From Thalia democratica (Eukaryota): DNA of 64,000 bases. Shown piece after piece: positions 59,384 through 64,000 of this stretch. Every line of letters begins with the position of its first letter. Within the stretch, counting starts at the first letter, position 1. The stretch lies in assembly GCA_965202585.1 (NCBI GenBank), contig OZ241834.1, forward strand, positions 25,668,001 to 25,732,000, in the 5' to 3' direction. A program made the position numbers and the translations under genes. The notes beneath the pieces were generated by a model, which saw only the letters and a list, made by a program, of their open reading frames with translations, had not been told where the DNA came from and made no database searches.

Positions 59384-62300
59384 GATGAATGAATATTAAA
59401 GCGACCAAAACGATACTTGCAAGAGTTACTGACTGTGACGAATTGACTGTTGAGCAGTTATGCTTTGCAAGGTACCTTTTACTTCTTAATATAAGCATTA
59501 GCATGTTTGTTTAAGACATATATGCTTATAAAAACTTAGTTGTCTTATTACGAATGTTGAAAAAGTCCCAGTAAGAAAGAAACCATATCTAACTTGTTCT
59601 AAAAGTAATTTTTTTTAAAGCATTAGTTTGAAAAGTCCAGAAATAACAGCCTGTATCTTACAGCACACCTCTAAATACATAAAGAAAAACATAAATGAAA
59701 CAAAACATGTTAACACACTTCCGACTGAGTTTTCCTTTGCCGCTCACCTAAATTAATAAAGTTTTAACAAAGCATAAGGTTTTTTTTTACCTCAAACTTA
59801 AACAAAATTTCATTATTTCGATTTCATGGAGTTTTGTTAATCGTAAGTTCTATCAAGTATGTTCAAGTTAATTACAGTTTAAACTAATGTGTAAAAAGTA
59901 ATTCCGAAAGAATAAAAGTGTTCATTTTTTTTAGCTTTACTGCTTATGATTACTCATAAGCAATGTACTCAAAACTTTTGTTAAACAGACAACTAGATAA
60001 CTTTGTTCTTGCACATACTAGTAACTTACCTTACAACAATGTTTTCCAAACAACCTTTCAAAAACGTGCTGTTACTATGATGTTACTATATTTAACTATG
60101 ATGTTACTTGTTTGAAAGTTGTAAACTACATTTAAACACAAATTTTATTTTTCAGTGTATATGAAAAACTAGTTTAACAGGTAAGTAGTTTAACATTCAA
60201 TTAGTGTTTCAAACAACTGATTCAAGCTGTTATACAGTTTAAAAAATAACTGATGCAATTTTGCTCGTTAAACTTAAACCTTGATCAAACTAAGAACTTT
60301 AACTTTGCAGATTTCAACCGAATAAAGTGTGCTGTTAAAAGTGAACAAATGGATTTGGTTGTAAATTTTTCAAACAAAATAAAGATAATTAAATTCAAAG
60401 AAGTAAATAAGTCGAAAAAGCTTATGAACACTAGCACTAAATTTGAACAAAAGCTGATATCTTTTGGACGAAAAATTTTACGTAAAAAAAGAGGTTGGTT
60501 TATTTTTTAAGCAGCATTATATACAAAATAAAATCGAGTAAGAAAATCGAAATGAAAAAGTTTTGAAATAAGATTGACAAACTTAGTGTTTGAATAAAGC
60601 TTTGTTTACAATTAGCACTCATAACCTTTCAATCTATCTTTGAAACTTTTTAACTGGAAAATAATGCAATTAAGTTTTTTTTCAAACTTTGTTTTGTCAC
60701 TTCTCATAAACTTAAAGTCAGTCGAAACAACATAGAACAACTTATTACTTTCTTGACACATATTTTGAAACAACAACAGTACTGTCTTTTAAAGTTTACG
60801 ATTGAAGTGTTTACCACGTTAAACATGTGTTTTAACTGCTTTACTGCTAATAGTAATTTCCTAGTTTACTCAACCTAGATTAATCATAATGTTCTGTACC
60901 ATTGATTTCATTGACTAAATGTTTTGCTTTTCAAAATTCGTAACTAGTTATCTCTAACTTACTGTCAATGTAGTTGAAAACACAACTTAGGATAAGTTAC
61001 ATTTTATTCTCGGATGTCGTTAAGAACATAGCTGTTGTAGCAATAACATATAAACTTGAAACAAAGTAACTGTTATCTTATTCAATTATAGACCATATAA
61101 AACAAAGTATTTGCTTGATTCAAAGTTTTACATTGTTGTTTGCCTATTATGGAACTTGTACTATCACATAATAAGCTGTGAAAAAATGAAGGTTAAAAAA
61201 GTTTTGGTTTTGCTTTGTCCAATTTTTTCTTCTTCTTTAGATTTATAAAACTACACAGCTTAAAGCAACAAGTTACAGTGATTTTAGTTTTCTTATGTAT
61301 AGCGTACATAACAGTAACAAGCAAATAAGTTTTTTACTTCTTTGTATCATGTTTCAGCTAATCAAATGGTTTATTTCATATGCTTGACAAGATCAGAAAG
61401 CTTAAATCAACTAAGTAGATGTAAGCTTTGTAAAATAAAAGATTTATTTATACAAGTTCATCATTTTATTAAGATATTCTGTGTACTTGTTAATAGTGTT
61501 CTCTTTCTTTTGAACAATCGATGTTGTTTACATTTAAGTGTTACATCAGTTTTGAAATTGTTTCAGTTGTAATTTAATTGTAATTGAACAGTATTTTTTA
61601 AGGACACTAAACATTGTCTGTTATTAACAGTTTAAAACGTTTTCAGTTAATAAGTCAAAGTTTTATTTTTATTTATGTTAAAGCGTACTATTTTCATTGA
61701 AAAATATAATTAGTTTTTACAGTGACGTAGGCACAGCTTTTTTAAATAAACTAAAAAACAAATGAAATATTGAATTTAAAAAATTTCCACTAAGTAAGCA
61801 TGAATGAGAATAAGTTTTGTTTTGAAAAGAAAGTTAAAAGGAAAATTCTCTACGAAAAAGACACTCAAGTTAGTTAAAGCTTTTCACTAAGCACTCATTA
61901 ATAGTAAGCAATAAAGTAAGGATTAGAGCAGTTATCTAGCTAGAGTTCCCTTCTTAACAGTTGCATAAAAAAAAGTAAAGTAGAGAAATTGTAGCAAGCT
62001 AGGTATTTAATAAATAATGAGTTTATAGTTTGGAGGGAAATAGTTTTTTGATTCTTTTTCACCACAAAGTTGATTAAGTGTGTGTATTTGTGTTGTTGAG
62101 TTTAGTCGTCATTAGTAGCTTGTGTAATTAATTGGTGATCCACCTAATCTTTAGATTCAAAAAGTACATAGCTTAAAACAAACAAGTACAGTCGTTTTAA
62201 GTTGTCTCAAACATAGTTTAAAAAAGAGTTACAAAAAATGGTAACAAGCTGTTCTTTTTTGCCTTTGAATCATTTCGTAATTTGTCATAGCCACAGAAAA

Positions 62301-63304
62301 GAATGAGTCCAACAAAACAAGTATGAGCTTTGTAAAGAGAAAGATTATTTCAATTGTATGTTTGTTTTAAACAACCACTGTTGTTTACATTAATTTGATT
62401 GTTCAACTTTTAAACAGATCTTTATTGTTTCATTTGCATTCTGATAAATAAGACTAATACACTTTTGACAATCAAACCTCCGTTAAATAACTACCATTGA
62501 GTATTTTTAATATCAATGCAAAGTAAAGTTTAATATAAGTGTCATTTAATACAATGTCTTATTTAAGCATAAATTTTTATGTAGTGACAGATCATTGTTT
62601 TTTTAATTAAACTAACAACAAATATCTATTGAGTGTTTTTAAAACAAGTCTACAAAATAAAACAAATAAGAATGAGTTTTGTTTAAACAATAAGTTAATT
62701 GTATTAATAAGTAATGTAAGTAATTGTAATAAGTAATGTATTCGTAACTTTTTTAAACGTGTTACATGTCTTCAATTGCAATTAAATTGATAAGAAGAAC
62801 ATGTTCAAAAAGTTAAAGCTCGGTTGTGTTACTAATAATCAACAACAACAACTTAAAATAAAGTCAAAACTAAGACTTTGCTTGTTATAAGTAATATGAA
62901 TTTTTGTTTAATAAGATGATACTTTTTTGTAAGCACTTATTTATTGAACTTTTTAACAGAACTTCAACAAATGAATAAAAGAAAGTCTTTTGTATAAAAC
63001 GTATTCAGATGAAAAATCTTACGGACAACATAATCAAGTTAGCTAAACCTCTTTTACAAAGCATTTAATTACAAGCACTACTACTGTTTTTATCATATTA
63101 GACTAATGCAATGCTTTTTATACAACATAACGAGTTACAAATTTATAAAGCATTTAAAACAATAAAAATATTTATTTATTTGAATTTTTAATTTACACAA
63201 ATAAGAACTTATTTGTACTAAGCTTATATTCTTGTACATTAAGTAAGCATGAACAGCTGGTTCTATTCTAATGGTGGTCCTAAAAAGGACCGGTTGTTGA
63301 GCGT

Positions 63305-63664
63305 TTATTTTGAGCTGGTGTATTTGGTAACAGCTTTAGTTCCTTCTGAAACTGCGTGCTTTGACAACTCGCCGGGGAGCAAGAGCCTGACAGCAGTTTG
63401 AATTTCGCGGCTGCTAACAGTTGACCTCTTGTTGTAATGAGCCAAACGTGAAGCCTCTGCTGCAATGCGCTCGAAGATGTCGTTGACAAAAGAGTTCATG
63501 ATTCCCATCGCCTTGCTGGAAATTCCGGTGTCGGGGTGCACTTGCTTCAAAACTTTGTACACATAGATGCCAAAGCTTTCTTTGTTCCTCCTCCTTCGCT
63601 TCTTCTTGCCGTCGACCGGAGCGGTCTTGGCTACTGACTTCTTCGCGCCTTTTGTTGCTGTCAT
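63305..63664 (-). CDS. H2B: Histone H2B, unit 10
   Basis: Protein identical to unit 1; four silent changes. Confidence 0.97.
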   Translation of the reverse strand: MTATKGAKKSVAKTAPVDGKKKRRRRNKESFGIYVYKVLKQVHPDTGISSKAMGIMNSFVNDIFERIAAEASRLAHYNKRSTVSSREIQTAVRLLLPGELSKHAVSEGTKAVTKYTSSK

Positions 63665-63829
63665 GATGATGTGTGGACTTCTGTCTCGGCGCCGGTTTAT
63701 ATGCTGTAAAATTATGCAAATTAGCATAGTTCCGTACGCGAACGATAGCTGGTTTCTCTCACTTCACAATTCTCTCGTTTGTTGTAAATATTTTTGGTGG
63801 TCCTGAAAAGGACCTGGTTTTTTTCTAAC

Positions 63830-64000
<171 letters not shown>

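Overview
Eukaryotic (metazoan, probably invertebrate) tandem array of replication-dependent histone genes. The window holds nine complete quintets plus the start of a tenth. All genes lie on the minus strand, in transcription order H1-H3-H4-H2A-H2B. They are packed into about 2.75 kb and followed by an AT-rich spacer of about 3.9-4.8 kb. Unit periods, measured stop to stop on H2B, are 6616, 6626, 6633, 6633, 7257, 6645, 6646, 7521 and 6671 bp. Every gene is intronless and ends in a 16-nt histone stem-loop. The four core genes share a CGCG + CTAATTTGCATA (octamer) promoter module, which is inverted at H2B. The array is not homogeneous. All five H4 copies in units 5-9 are altered (G48R x3, one also S47P; two frameshifts). 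Three H3 copies carry Q19K and one H1 is frameshifted, while the H2B protein is invariant. The spacer exists in long and short forms, is partly built from a decayed ~0.85 kb subrepeat, and carries splice-signal patterns suggesting a non-coding transcript divergent from H1. I found no rRNA, tRNA, snRNA, transposon ORF or CRISPR array. I cannot identify the species, and novelty claims need database checks. Histone residue numbers follow the standard mature-protein (human) convention.
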